64,000 nt of DNA from Candidatus Delongbacteria bacterium (GTDB lineage: Bacteria > UBA4055), in assembly GCA_016937995.1 (NCBI GenBank), contig JAFGVM010000037.1, positions 1 to 64,000 on the forward strand, read 5' to 3'. The notes beneath the pieces are model-generated. The model ran no database searches. It was not told the DNA's origin and saw only the letters and a list, made by a program, of their open reading frames with translations. Positions 30,303-41,076 of this stretch are shown here, piece by piece. Within the stretch, counting starts at the first letter, position 1. The number at the start of each line of letters is the position of its first letter. A program made the position numbers and the translations under genes.

Positions 30303-32546
30303 TTAAAACGAATAACTCAGCCTTATCGATGGTAATCTAGGCAGCATCGGGAATACAGACCGTTCTATTACATTCGTAGCCTCATTCTCTTTATAAATAT
30401 AAGACTGTACATTCTCTCTGTCTGTCAAATTGAGAATACTTAAATTCAGCAACAGTTTTCTGTCGTTTTTAAAGAACCATATGTAATTTCCTGAAATATC
30501 CAATCTGAAATAATCGGGATATCTCTGAGCATTATAATCCCCTTTTATCGCATTTATCGTCTCTTCACCGTTTGCCTGGATCTCAGTATAATAACCTATG
30601 TTCTCTGTGAAAGGTTTTCCTGAAGTATATGTCATTGTAGTCCCAAAACTCATATTCTTATTTACATGATAGTTTACCGTAGTTTTAAAACTGTGCGGAA
30701 CATCCCAGTAGGCATCAAAAGTATTCTCATCTTCTTTACTGTCATCGATAGTCTTTTCAACCTTTCCGTAAGTATATGACATGTTTCCATTGAACTTACC
30801 GACCTGCTTTTCGATCATAAATTCGATACCGTATGCCTGTGCGTTGCTGTTAACAAAGAAACTGTCGACAATCATTTCCTCAATTGCATCATCCATAGTT
30901 GCTCTGTCCTCTTTCCAGTTCTGAAGATTCTGCATGTACTTGTAATAACCTTCTATTGTGAACTTAAGATCCTGTCCAAATATTTTCTCAGTAAGTTCCC
31001 ATCCTAGCGACAAATTATCACAAATTGCAGGTTCTACAGAATCATCTATTACGAACCAGTTATCAACAAAGGATAAACTCTGCTCTTCCGATTGTACTGT
31101 AAAAAGATACTGGTAATATCTTCCTCCGCTTAATGTAAGCGAATTATTTACATCGAGCATATATTTCAGGCTTAATCTTGGAGAGATCAGGAATTTATGA
31201 TCATTCATCAGATCATCATTATAATTTAACCTGATACCTGGTTTTAGAGTAAATACTGAATTCCAGGTATTTGAAGATTCTAAGAAAAGAGATGTTATAT
31301 AGCTTTTTGAATCAATATCCATAAGAACATTGTCAACTACTATCTGTTTAAATGTTGTACCGAATTTCTGTATTTCAAATCCTGCTTTGATCTTGTTGTT
31401 ATTGGTTATAAAATATTCGTAAGTGTTTTTAAAAGATATATCCTGTACTTCATTAACATAGGAGAACGCATCGAAACTTTCCATATCTATATTAAATTGC
31501 GAATAGGAGAGTTTGAATACAGAGAATATTTTTGGAGAGAAAATATGTCTCCACCTGAGTGCATAGGTATCATTTCCCCATCCCAGGTTCATGTTAAAAG
31601 CATCAAATGCCAGATCGTCTGAGCCCATATAAGTGCTGAAAATAACTCTGTCATCTGTTCCGAAGTCCTGATAGATCTGCCCCTGACCATCCCAGAAATA
31701 ATAAGTCGGGTATTCATCACCAAGCATATTTAAGATCGGGTCGATATGGCTTCTTCTGGCAGCCAACAAAAATCCTCCACTGAAAACAGGACCTGTAACC
31801 ACCGCTTCACTTGCAAATAAGGACAATGACAGATTTCCTTCAAATTTCTCTCTGTTACCGTCCCTGCTGCGAATATCTAGTACTGCACCTAATCTGCCGC
31901 CATATTCAGCAGGATACGCTGATTTGATCAGTTTTGAGTCTCTGAGAGCGTCTGTAATAAATGTTGAGAAAACTCCGAACAGATGAGAAGGGTTGTATAC
32001 CGGTATTTCATCGTACAATATCAGATTATGATCGTTATTGCCACCTCGAACATACAGTCCAGTGGAGTAATCTGAAACAGAGACAACTCCGGGTAAAGTT
32101 TGTATAGACCTGAAAAGGTCCGGCTGAATAAAAGTTGTGGAAGTTTTTATCTCTCTGGGTTTTAACTTAAGCTGACCGCTTCGGATATTCATTACTTCAT
32201 CCGCAGCTTCATCAGCCTCGACTTCGACCTGAATAGCATCTATCTCTATTTCAACTGGTTTTAATTTGATCTCTTTCTTTAATGACTGATACTGAAGAAT
32301 GGTTATCTCCTCTGAAAATGATGAATATCCCATGAACTTGACCAGCAGTGTAAATTTTCCACTTGGGATATTCGATATGACAAAATAACCGTTATTGTTT
32401 GTCGCTGAACCCAGTTTTGTACCATCTATATAAACATTTACATCACTGATAGCTTCACCGTCAGATGCATCTCTGACAAAACCCGATATCGTAGCTGAAT
32501 AAATTATAGATAATATTGCAAGTAATATAAATAAGGTATATTTCAA
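30303..32546 (-). CDS. TonB-dependent receptor (carboxypeptidase-regulatory-like N-domain, plug, barrel)
   Basis: TISGFVRDA, DLFRSIQTLPGV, LYVRGG, YPAEYGGRLG, C-terminal YSF. Confidence 0.9.
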   Translation of the reverse strand: MKYTLFILLAILSIIYSATISGFVRDASDGEAISDVNVYIDGTKLGSATNNNGYFVISNIPSGKFTLLVKFMGYSSFSEEITILQYQSLKKEIKLKPVEIEIDAIQVEVEADEAADEVMNIRSGQLKLKPREIKTSTTFIQPDLFRSIQTLPGVVSVSDYSTGLYVRGGNNDHNLILYDEIPVYNPSHLFGVFSTFITDALRDSKLIKSAYPAEYGGRLGAVLDIRSRDGNREKFEGNLSLSLFASEAVVTGPVFSGGFLLAARRSHIDPILNMLGDEYPTYYFWDGQGQIYQDFGTDDRVIFSTYMGSDDLAFDAFNMNLGWGNDTYALRWRHIFSPKIFSVFKLSYSQFNIDMESFDAFSYVNEVQDISFKNTYEYFITNNNKIKAGFEIQKFGTTFKQIVVDNVLMDIDSKSYITSLFLESSNTWNSVFTLKPGIRLNYNDDLMNDHKFLISPRLSLKYMLDVNNSLTLSGGRYYQYLFTVQSEEQSLSFVDNWFVIDDSVEPAICDNLSLGWELTEKIFGQDLKFTIEGYYKYMQNLQNWKEDRATMDDAIEEMIVDSFFVNSNAQAYGIEFMIEKQVGKFNGNMSYTYGKVEKTIDDSKEDENTFDAYWDVPHSFKTTVNYHVNKNMSFGTTMTYTSGKPFTENIGYYTEIQANGEETINAIKGDYNAQRYPDYFRLDISGNYIWFFKNDRKLLLNLSILNLTDRENVQSYIYKENEATNVIERSVFPMLPRLPSIRLSYSF

Positions 32547-32657
32547 TTAATTTCCTTTATTTTATTGTCAACCTGAACTTGGCTTGTCCCGATTTGTCGG
32601 GAATTCAGGATCTTTTTTATGATTTGGATATAGTATAGGAACGCAATCCTGCGTTCC

Positions 32658-35600
32658 TTACATATCATACCCTTTTTCAACCCGAATTTCTAATGCTTCG
32701 TTCAATGTTATACCTTTTTTTCTTTTCATTTTACAAGTAAGACTGTCTATTAACGAATAAACTACAGGAAGAACCAAAAGAGTAAGGATCGTCGCGAATG
32801 CCAGTCCAAATGAAATACTCACTGCCATAGGTTTCCACATTTTAACAGATTCCGAGGTCGATATGATCATTGGAACAAGTCCAAAAATAGTTGTAATTGT
32901 AGTCAAAATGATTGGTCTGAGTCTGGTCTTTCCCGCATTGATAAGACTATTCCATCTATCTGTTCCTTTGTCTCTTTCCTTATTAATAAAATCAACAAAT
33001 ACAATAGAATCGTTAACAACAATTCCGGCAAGTGCCACCACTGCTATCATGGATAATATAGAGAAAGGAGTTGCAGTACTTATAAGGCCTATAATTACCC
33101 CTATGAAAGCAAATGGTATAGTTATCATGACTATTAGAGGCTGAATATAAGATTTGAATTGCGTTCCCAATATCATATATATAAGTATAATTGCTATTAA
33201 AAATGCTACATAAAGTGATTTAAAACTCTTTGATCTCTCATCACTTACTCCGCCGACCTCGATCTTATATCCGGGATTTTCCTTTTCAAAATTTTCAAGA
33301 ACTCCTGTAATATTCTTTACTTTACTGCCGAACAGTATTTCATTTACTTCACTTGGAGTTCTCATTGCTTTCTTACCGTTCTTATTATACGCTCCTGTGG
33401 CAGCTGTAATTGATACTGTCCTGTTACCGTCCCTGTGTGAAATTCTTGAAATCGTATTGGATATCTCAAATTTAGCTATATCATTCAAAATTATCTTTTT
33501 TCCGGTTCTGGTAGATATTTTCATATTCTCTATCTGATCAATAGTGCTCAGACTGTTTTCAGACAATTTCAATCTGATATTAAATTTATCTGATCTCTCA
33601 TTAAGTTCAGATATCACTTTACCTGTTGAAGCAGTTCTGATTATACCAGCTAGTTCAGCTACAGACAACCCGTAAATGGCCAGTTTTTCATAATAAGGAT
33701 ATATTTTCAATTCCTTCTTACCAACATCAAGATCGTCATCTATATCGTCAACACCTTCAATATCAGCCAGTAATGATTTGATATTCTCGGAATGATCTTT
33801 TAATTTCTTCATATCATCACCAAGTATTCTCAATTCTACATCCTCACCTGTCGGTGGTCCACTTCTTCCGGTGGATATTTTATAGCTGACTATTTCAGGT
33901 ACTTTATTCATGAATTTTCTTACATCACCCATCATTGTGTTAACATCAATTGTCAAGCTGTCAGCATCAATCAGGTCTACTCTCAACTCGATCATGTTAG
34001 TTCCTTCGTTCCAGAAAGATCTGTCAGACTGCTGACCAACATTTGAATTCAATGACTGAAAATTTTCCTGATAAGGTAAAGACATTATGAAATTTTCAAG
34101 GATTGTAGTAAGTGAATCTGTTTTCTCTAGATATGTACCGGCAAAAGTTTCAGCTTTTATAGTTAATGTTGTTGGAGCTGATTTCGGAAAAAATTCAAAT
34201 TTCACATAACCTTTGACAACTGCTGTAAATGATATTATCAATGCAATAGTCACTGTTGAGATCACAAGCGATCTACGTTTCAAAAAACCTACAAGAAGGT
34301 TACCGTAATTATTGACCAGTTTTTTGTAAAAATGTCCCTCAGATTTAGATTTATCATGTGGTTTGGAAAAATCTGCAAGGTGGGATGGTAATATGAAAAG
34401 TGCTTCGAATAATGATGCAAATAATGCAAGTGAAACAACTTTTGGAAATACTCCGAGAAATTTTCCCATATTGCCCTCCATCATGAGTAATGGAAGAAAA
34501 GCAGCGATAGTTGTCATCACAGCAGCGATTACAGGCCACATTACCTCCTGAGATCCTTTTATCGCAGCTTCTTTAGGAGTCATCCCGTCCTCAATATTCC
34601 TGTGAACATTCTCTATTACAACTATTGCATCATCCACTACCATACCGAGGACCAGAACAAGCGCAAAAAGACTCAAGTTGTTTATTGTTATTCCAAAATA
34701 CTTCATCAACCAGAAGGTCATCATAAATGAAAAAGGGATCCCCATTGCTGCAAATATTGCATTTCTCCATCCAATGAAGACCAATAAAACTATAAAAACA
34801 AGAACTATGCCGAATAGCGCGGAATATGAAAGAGTGGAAATATTACTTTTTACAGCTATAGATTCATCATTCACGATCCTGGCTCTAATGTCATTATAAT
34901 TCTCTGGTACGGTCTTAAGATATTTCTTTATGTTAGAAATTATATCAAGAATGTTACCATCTGTATTTTGGTATAGATAAAGATTTATGCTCTCCTTGCC
35001 GTCAAGTCTTGTTTTTATATTTACATCTTCATATGTATCAACAACCTGGGCAATATCTCTGATCCTGATAATGTTTCCGTTCTCAAAAGTCTTAAGAATT
35101 ACATATTTGATCTCATCAACAGTATTAAATTCGCCCATGGTCCTTATAAGAACTTCTGACTTGCCTGCAACAATACTGCCACCAGGAAGGTTTAAATTCT
35201 TAGCTACGACAGCATTCTCAATATCTGAGAATGAAATATTAAAATATTCCATTTTTGTCTTATCAGGCTCAATCCTGATCTCTCTGTTCTTCGCACCTTT
35301 AAGCTCGACTTTTGATACATACTGGATCTTCGCAAGATCATCTTTAAGGTTCTCTGCTATTCTCTTTAGACCATCCGGAGTATATGTTGCTCCCTCTATT
35401 GCAACCGTACAAATAGATTTAAGGTCTTTAATACTGATATTCTGCATATAAGGATCACTTGCGTCTTGTGGTAAGGATCTTAATTTGTCAAGTTCCCTTG
35501 ATACGTCTGTCCACGCTTTATCAATATTTGCAGTTGTTGTAAGGTTAAGATTAATGACAGCTCTGCCCTCGTAGGCTGTTGATGTTATATAATCTATATC

Positions 35601-35825
35601 GGTAATATCAGCTAGCTCATCCTCGATCTCTGAAATGATAAGTTTCTCAATCTCTTCAGGTGCAACACCCGGATAATTCACTGTAATCATGAATCTGCCC
35701 CATTCTATCTGAGGCATGGATTCCTTAGGTATATTTATGGTAGTATATATTCCCAGTATGAAAATGATTATCATTGTCATATTAACAAGAACGGGATTAT
35801 TTACTGAAAACTTAGGTAAATTCAT
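32658..35825 (-). CDS. RND efflux permease subunit (paralogue 1)
   Basis: VNYPGVAPEEIE, GMVVDDAIVVIEN, RLRPIILTTITT. Confidence 0.95.
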   Translation of the reverse strand: MNLPKFSVNNPVLVNMTMIIIFILGIYTTINIPKESMPQIEWGRFMITVNYPGVAPEEIEKLIISEIEDELADITDIDYITSTAYEGRAVINLNLTTTANIDKAWTDVSRELDKLRSLPQDASDPYMQNISIKDLKSICTVAIEGATYTPDGLKRIAENLKDDLAKIQYVSKVELKGAKNREIRIEPDKTKMEYFNISFSDIENAVVAKNLNLPGGSIVAGKSEVLIRTMGEFNTVDEIKYVILKTFENGNIIRIRDIAQVVDTYEDVNIKTRLDGKESINLYLYQNTDGNILDIISNIKKYLKTVPENYNDIRARIVNDESIAVKSNISTLSYSALFGIVLVFIVLLVFIGWRNAIFAAMGIPFSFMMTFWLMKYFGITINNLSLFALVLVLGMVVDDAIVVIENVHRNIEDGMTPKEAAIKGSQEVMWPVIAAVMTTIAAFLPLLMMEGNMGKFLGVFPKVVSLALFASLFEALFILPSHLADFSKPHDKSKSEGHFYKKLVNNYGNLLVGFLKRRSLVISTVTIALIISFTAVVKGYVKFEFFPKSAPTTLTIKAETFAGTYLEKTDSLTTILENFIMSLPYQENFQSLNSNVGQQSDRSFWNEGTNMIELRVDLIDADSLTIDVNTMMGDVRKFMNKVPEIVSYKISTGRSGPPTGEDVELRILGDDMKKLKDHSENIKSLLADIEGVDDIDDDLDVGKKELKIYPYYEKLAIYGLSVAELAGIIRTASTGKVISELNERSDKFNIRLKLSENSLSTIDQIENMKISTRTGKKIILNDIAKFEISNTISRISHRDGNRTVSITAATGAYNKNGKKAMRTPSEVNEILFGSKVKNITGVLENFEKENPGYKIEVGGVSDERSKSFKSLYVAFLIAIILIYMILGTQFKSYIQPLIVMITIPFAFIGVIIGLISTATPFSILSMIAVVALAGIVVNDSIVFVDFINKERDKGTDRWNSLINAGKTRLRPIILTTITTIFGLVPMIISTSESVKMWKPMAVSISFGLAFATILTLLVLPVVYSLIDSLTCKMKRKKGITLNEALEIRVEKGYDM

Positions 35826-35829
35826 AATA

Positions 35830-36915
35830 TTATTTCCCGTATATTTTAACTATAGTTCCGTTCGATAAAGCTTCTGTACCCGACACAACGATCTTTTCGC
35901 CCGGCTCAAGACCACTCAGGATAACAACACTGTTCCCGTATTTTTTTCCGATAGTAACTTGTCTTTTATTTGCAATATTCTCACTGTTGACTGTATAAAC
36001 AAAGTATTTCCCATACTCTTCAATTACATTATCAAAGTCTGTATATATCAAATTTTCAAGTTTTTCAGCAACTATTTTACCCTCAACTATCATACCGGGC
36101 AAAAGGTACTGGTCCTGATTTTCTATCTCAACCTCTACAGGATAAGTTCCCGAAGCATCAGGTTTTTTGCCGATACCTTTCACTTTACCTTCAACTTTTT
36201 TTTCAGAACCGTTGTGCTTTACAAATACTGAATTCCCGTTCTTTATACTTACTATATCATTCTCGGAAACTCCTGTTTTGATCAATAATCTTTCACAGTT
36301 AACTATTGAGGCGACAGGCTGTCCCATTCCGACAAATTGCCCCTCTTTAATATTCAACTGAGTTATTGAACCGTTTACAGGAGAAGTAAATTTTGAATTG
36401 TCGTAATTTAATTTAGCCTTTTCAACGTTTGCTTTTGCACCTTCATAAACAGCTTCAGACTTTTTAAGAGCACTTTGATCATTTGTTAACTCATACTTGG
36501 ATACCTGTCCGTTCTTAAATAGTTTCTCAGTAGTTTCCAATTTGATCTTTGCGGCATCCAGCGTTGCTTCGGCAGACTTCATATCAGCTTTTGCCTGATC
36601 GTAGCTGATCTTGTAATTCTGTGCATCAAGAGTGGCGATCGCTTCGCCTTTTTTCACAAAATCACCAAGCTTCTTTTCTATTGTTCTTACCTTGCCAGAA
36701 ACTTCACTATAATAAACTATATCAGTAATACCTTCGAGTTTACCTGTGATATCAGCAAATAACTGCAGATCATTGCTCTTTACATTCTCAACTTTTACAA
36801 CAGTTATTTGAGCTTCGGGTTTAGCTTTTTTCTGTTGCTGTCCTGAATTATCATTTGAGCATGAACTTAGAACCAGTATCATGATCATTGCTGCTGTTGT
36901 TAATAATTTCTTCAT
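35830..36915 (-). CDS. RND periplasmic adaptor (MFP) lipoprotein
   Basis: Lipobox LSSC, SEVSGKV..GDFVKKGE, TSPVNG, SGLEPGEKIVVSG. Confidence 0.92.
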   Translation of the reverse strand: MKKLLTTAAMIMILVLSSCSNDNSGQQQKKAKPEAQITVVKVENVKSNDLQLFADITGKLEGITDIVYYSEVSGKVRTIEKKLGDFVKKGEAIATLDAQNYKISYDQAKADMKSAEATLDAAKIKLETTEKLFKNGQVSKYELTNDQSALKKSEAVYEGAKANVEKAKLNYDNSKFTSPVNGSITQLNIKEGQFVGMGQPVASIVNCERLLIKTGVSENDIVSIKNGNSVFVKHNGSEKKVEGKVKGIGKKPDASGTYPVEVEIENQDQYLLPGMIVEGKIVAEKLENLIYTDFDNVIEEYGKYFVYTVNSENIANKRQVTIGKKYGNSVVILSGLEPGEKIVVSGTEALSNGTIVKIYGK

Positions 36916-36949
36916 TTTATATTCCTAGTTTTAAATTTCTCTGTTATTT

Positions 36950-37015
36950 GTCATCCTCGTGCTCGACACGGGGATCCACTCTTTTATGGATATCCGGATC
37001 AAGTCCGAATATGAC
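36950..37015. repeat. REP-like palindrome pair (GTCAT..GGATCC / GGAT..TCAAG..ATGAC family)
   Basis: gtcatcctcgtgctcgacacggggatcc and ggatatccggatcaagtccgaatatgac; relatives near 23103, 48248, 56868 and 62795. Confidence 0.7.
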
Positions 37016-37027
37016 GTCCATGTTTAA

Positions 37028-38365
37028 TCAGAATAATTCCACCAATTCTTTTTCATCACTAATTCCAAGCACTTTCATCAATTCAGATTTTGTCTTTAGT
37101 ATAGAATAGTATGATGATACCTGATTGTATTTCGCCTGAACAAGTGATAATCTTGCAGTATTAAGTTCATCTTCAGTAGATATACCGGATTTTGCTCTTT
37201 CCTCAACATTGAAATAAGTTTCTTCTGCAAGTTCAACTGCTAAGATCGAACTGTATAACTGCTTTGAGCCTGAGATCAGCGAATAAAGTGATGAATTTAT
37301 CATTGTTGCAAGGTTATCCAGCATCTGCATCTCGGTGATCTCCATTTTTTTTAATTCTATCTTACTTTTCTCAACGACGATGTAGTTATCATAAAACGGT
37401 AATATAGGCATCGAAGCAGACAGAACCAGACTCCCGTTATTATTATATTCATCATCTAAGTTTGACTTTGACCATTCTGTTGAATAAGAAAGATTCACAG
37501 AAGGCAGGAAATTACCTTTAGTCATCTTAATTGACTTTTCATTTATCATTTTAGTTAAATGAATGTTTTTCAGATCATTATTATTCTTCAGTGCTATATC
37601 TTTTAAAATATTTGCCTTATCATTTATTTTTGATAAATTAACATCCTTCAATTTATCTATGAAACCCTGATAAGTCGCTAATTCTATTTTTTCAAGATCA
37701 AAATCATTAAGACCTGTTAAATTTGTAAAACTTATCTTAGCAAGCTCATACCCTCTTTCCGAGTTAACTACATTCACTTCGCTGGAAGCCCTTGCTGAAG
37801 AACTTTTTAAAAAATCTGCTCTGGAAGTTAAACCTGACTCGAATTTTATCTTTGCGCTTTCTTCATTTCTCTTAGATAATTCCAGTGATTCTTTTGATAT
37901 ATCGAACAATTCCTTCATTTCTAGAACATTTATATATTGTGCTTCAACATCAGAAAGTAAGCTTATCATTTCAGCTGAAAGTTTATTTCTACTTATAGAC
38001 TCGGAATCTTTGCTTATCTGGTATCCATAATATTTTTTACCTCCCAGAAATAATGGTTGAGATATTTGAATGCCGAAAGCCGTTCTGTCCTCCTGAGTAA
38101 AATTCACTGAGGACATAGTTAAAGGATTAAAAGAACTACCTTCAACTTCAGGAACATACATCATATATGAAGATGAAAGGTTCGCTGTCGGGAAAAATCC
38201 CGCAAATGCACTTTTAGTTGAAAGCTCACTTGAAATAACGTTCTGCTTTGTAATAGCATAGTTATAATTTTTTTCAAGGGCCGATTCCTGTGCCTGATTA
38301 AGATCGATCTTTGCAGAACTTGCAACAGTGATAATTGTAACTAACATGATGAATACTTTTTTCAT
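37028..38365 (-). CDS. TolC-family outer-membrane efflux protein
   Basis: Signal peptide, AGFFPTANLSS, ISQPLFLGG, GNFLPSVNLS, coiled-coil repeats; upstream of MFP and RND. Confidence 0.88.
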   Translation of the reverse strand: MKKVFIMLVTIITVASSAKIDLNQAQESALEKNYNYAITKQNVISSELSTKSAFAGFFPTANLSSSYMMYVPEVEGSSFNPLTMSSVNFTQEDRTAFGIQISQPLFLGGKKYYGYQISKDSESISRNKLSAEMISLLSDVEAQYINVLEMKELFDISKESLELSKRNEESAKIKFESGLTSRADFLKSSSARASSEVNVVNSERGYELAKISFTNLTGLNDFDLEKIELATYQGFIDKLKDVNLSKINDKANILKDIALKNNNDLKNIHLTKMINEKSIKMTKGNFLPSVNLSYSTEWSKSNLDDEYNNNGSLVLSASMPILPFYDNYIVVEKSKIELKKMEITEMQMLDNLATMINSSLYSLISGSKQLYSSILAVELAEETYFNVEERAKSGISTEDELNTARLSLVQAKYNQVSSYYSILKTKSELMKVLGISDEKELVELF

Positions 38366-38433
38366 ATTTATCTCCATTTTTGTAATATCTAGTCAGAATT
38401 TAAACTATGAGTGTATAAAATATTCGATTTAAT

Positions 38434-38450
38434 TGTAAAAAATTGTAAAA
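38434..38450. promoter_or_regulatory. GTAAA-N5-GTAAA (CpxR-type) box upstream of the tolC operon
   Basis: TGTAAAAAATTGTAAAA, identical to 40985-41001. Confidence 0.55.
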
Positions 38451-38474
38451 AATACTTAACTTTTAAAAAAATTG

Positions 38475-38639
38475 TTAAAAAACAGCGGCAGTTCTGTCTT
38501 TTTCTTTATCAGTGCTGATTGTAAGCATTCCGGACGTTTTGTTAATGACCAGAATATTCAGATCTTCATAAAGAATAGTAAGTCCTCTGGGCTGATATCG
38601 GCTGGGTGGTTGTTTAAATGTCTTTGGATCTGATGTCAT
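38475..38639 (-). pseudogene. N-terminal fragment of an RluA-family pseudouridine synthase
   Basis: MTSDPKTFKQPPSRYQPRGLTILYEDLNILVINKTSGMLTISTDKEKDRTAAVF*; stops before the catalytic HRLD motif. Confidence 0.7.
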
Positions 38640-38737
38640 GTGGAAAAACCTCTTCCTTATCTTCCCGCTTCCTGCAAAATATATTAAAACCGTTTTAGGA
38701 ACGCATTCCTGCGTTCCCTACTGTTTATTATCAATCG

Positions 38738-40405
38738 CTACAACAAACTCTTAAATCTCGGTCTTTTTGGTGTTATATCACCCAGTCTTGCTTTCTTATT
38801 CGCTTCATAATCCTCGAAATTTCCTTCAAAGAACACGACCTGTCCATCATCCTCAAAAGACAAGATATGAGTCGCTAAACGGTCTATAAACCACCTGTCG
38901 TGAGAAATAACTAATACACAACCGGAGAAATTTTCGATCCCTTCTTCAAGTGCCCGCAATGTATTAACATCGATATCATTTGTAGGCTCATCAAGAAGGA
39001 TCACATTTCCACCTTCTTTTAAAGTTATCGCAAGATGAAGTCTGTTCCTTTCTCCACCGGATATCATAGCTATTGTTTTCTGCTGATCTGTTCCTGCAAA
39101 ATTAAATTTATTCAAATAAGCTCTGGCATTTATATCACTATTACCTATAGTTAATATCTCCGCACCCTGACTGATCGTTTCATAGATCGTTTTATCAGGA
39201 ATAAGATCCTTATGTGATTGGTCAACATAAGCAAATTTTACAGTTGCACCAATGTTAATTGTTCCACTATCAGGCTTTTCTTCTCCCATCAGCATTCTGA
39301 AAAGAGTGGTTTTACCGACCCCGTTAGGACCAATGATACCTACGATCGCATTCTTTGGGATCTTCATAGATAAATTATCAATAAGGGCTCTGTTCTCGAA
39401 GCCTTTCTTTAAATTTTCGATCTCGATCACAGAATCACCAAGTCTTGGACCTGAAGGAATAAAAAGTTCAAGTTTCGCTTCCTGTTCCTTTGCTTCAACA
39501 CTGCTGAGTTCTTTATATGCGTTAAGTCTTGCCTTACCTTTTGCGTGACGTGCCTTGGATGATAACTTTGTCCATTCAAGCTCTCTTTTTAGGATCTTCT
39601 GTCTTTTTGATTCTGTTTTCTCCTCATTCGCCAAACGGTTGGATTTCTGCTCCAGCCATGAACTGTAGTTACCTTTCCATGGAATCCCATCTCCCCTGTC
39701 AAGCTCAAGTATCCAGCCTGCAACATTATCGAGGAAATATCTGTCGTGGGTCACAGCTATGACTGTTCCAGGATAATTTTTCAGAAATTGCTCAAGCCAG
39801 TAAACACTTTCGGCATCAAGATGGTTCGTAGGCTCATCAAGCAGAAGAATATCAGGCTTGCTCAGAAGTAATCTGCACAATGCAACTCTTCTTCTTTCTC
39901 CACCTGAAAGAATTGATATCTTTGTATCATCAGAAGGACATCTTAAAGCTTCCATGGCCAGATCAAGAGTATGATCAATATCCCAGGCATCAAGATGATC
40001 CATCTGTTCAAGAAGCTCACCCTGCTTATCAATAGCTTTCATCATTTCATCGTCATCCAGAGGTTCAGCCAGCTTTGCAGAGATCTCGTCATAAGCTTTT
40101 ACCACTTCATAGATATGAGACAAACCTTCCTGAACGATCTCTTTAACGGTCTTACTCTCATCAAGCATAGGTTCCTGAGGTAGATAACCGATCTTGTAAC
40201 CTTTGTCGAAAGTTACTTTCCCGTCATATTCAGTATCAAGACCTGCAATGATCTTCAAGAGACTTGATTTACCTGATCCGTTAAGACCGAGAACTCCGAT
40301 CTTTGCACCATAATAGAATGAAAGCCATATGTTATTTAGCACTTTCTTATTTGTATATATCTTGCTGATGCCTTCCATTGAAAATATTATTTTGTTATCT
40401 GCCAT
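38738..40405 (-). CDS. ettA: ABC-F translational throttle protein EttA
   Basis: SFYYGAKIGVLGLNGSGKS, LSGGERRRVALCRLLL, GIPWKGNYSSWLEQK, second NBD SGGERNR; 555 aa. Confidence 0.95.
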   Translation of the reverse strand: MADNKIIFSMEGISKIYTNKKVLNNIWLSFYYGAKIGVLGLNGSGKSSLLKIIAGLDTEYDGKVTFDKGYKIGYLPQEPMLDESKTVKEIVQEGLSHIYEVVKAYDEISAKLAEPLDDDEMMKAIDKQGELLEQMDHLDAWDIDHTLDLAMEALRCPSDDTKISILSGGERRRVALCRLLLSKPDILLLDEPTNHLDAESVYWLEQFLKNYPGTVIAVTHDRYFLDNVAGWILELDRGDGIPWKGNYSSWLEQKSNRLANEEKTESKRQKILKRELEWTKLSSKARHAKGKARLNAYKELSSVEAKEQEAKLELFIPSGPRLGDSVIEIENLKKGFENRALIDNLSMKIPKNAIVGIIGPNGVGKTTLFRMLMGEEKPDSGTINIGATVKFAYVDQSHKDLIPDKTIYETISQGAEILTIGNSDINARAYLNKFNFAGTDQQKTIAMISGGERNRLHLAITLKEGGNVILLDEPTNDIDVNTLRALEEGIENFSGCVLVISHDRWFIDRLATHILSFEDDGQVVFFEGNFEDYEANKKARLGDITPKRPRFKSLL

Positions 40406-40509
40406 TATTTATTTTCCTTATTCATTTATTAAAATTTCAGTTAAATATGCGAATATCATATGCTTTATTCAATACAATTATTATGATATAATTTGCTACT
40501 CAGATATTT

Positions 40510-40571
40510 GAAGTTAGAAGTCAGAGGTTAGAAGTCAGAAGTTAGAAGTTAGAAATTAGAAATTAGAGGTT
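40510..40571. repeat. Heptamer tandem repeat AGAAGTT/AGAAGTC
   Basis: About 8 consecutive degenerate copies. Confidence 0.8.
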
Positions 40572-40984
40572 GCTTGTTAATACGCGCTTTTCCAGACTGA
40601 TATATCCTACAAATTATCATCCCCGTGAGAAAACCGGCAATCCAACACTCACGGGGAAACCTACTATACAGCAATGAACCCGCAGAAACCAAGGGGAATA
40701 AAATTTGGATTGCCTTGATTTTTTTTGTTTTCCATATCCATCGGGATATCAAGACAAAAAGATAAAAACCCGTCCGTTTGTAAAATTAATAGGTCAACCC
40801 TCTGGGATTAAAAAGCTAGACCCTGAAATAAATTCAGGGTGACGAATCCAGGCGTTTGGGAAAAAAGCCCTGCTGTTTTGTAGTTAGAAGTAAGAAATAA
40901 TTACTTCTTCCCCATTTCAATAAACAAACTTATCACTTATCACTTATCACTTAGTGTCTTTGTGAGAGATATATTCTTTTCTTC

Positions 40985-41011
40985 TGTAAAAAATTGTAAA
41001 ATTAATGTAAA
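40985..41011 (+). promoter_or_regulatory. GTAAA direct repeats (OmpR/CpxR-type box) upstream of the response regulator
   Basis: GTAAA-AAATT-GTAAA-ATTAAT-GTAAA. Confidence 0.55.
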
Positions 41012-41076
41012 TTTACAAGGAAATATAGGTAACATGTATTACTTTACATTTATATAATTGCAAATCTGAGGCTGAT

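Noticed and set aside
40640-40810. 6S RNA-like motif (ATTCCCCTTGG..GCGGGTTCA)
   Set aside because: I could not build the long closing stem and central bubble of 6S; kept only as an unassigned structured leader
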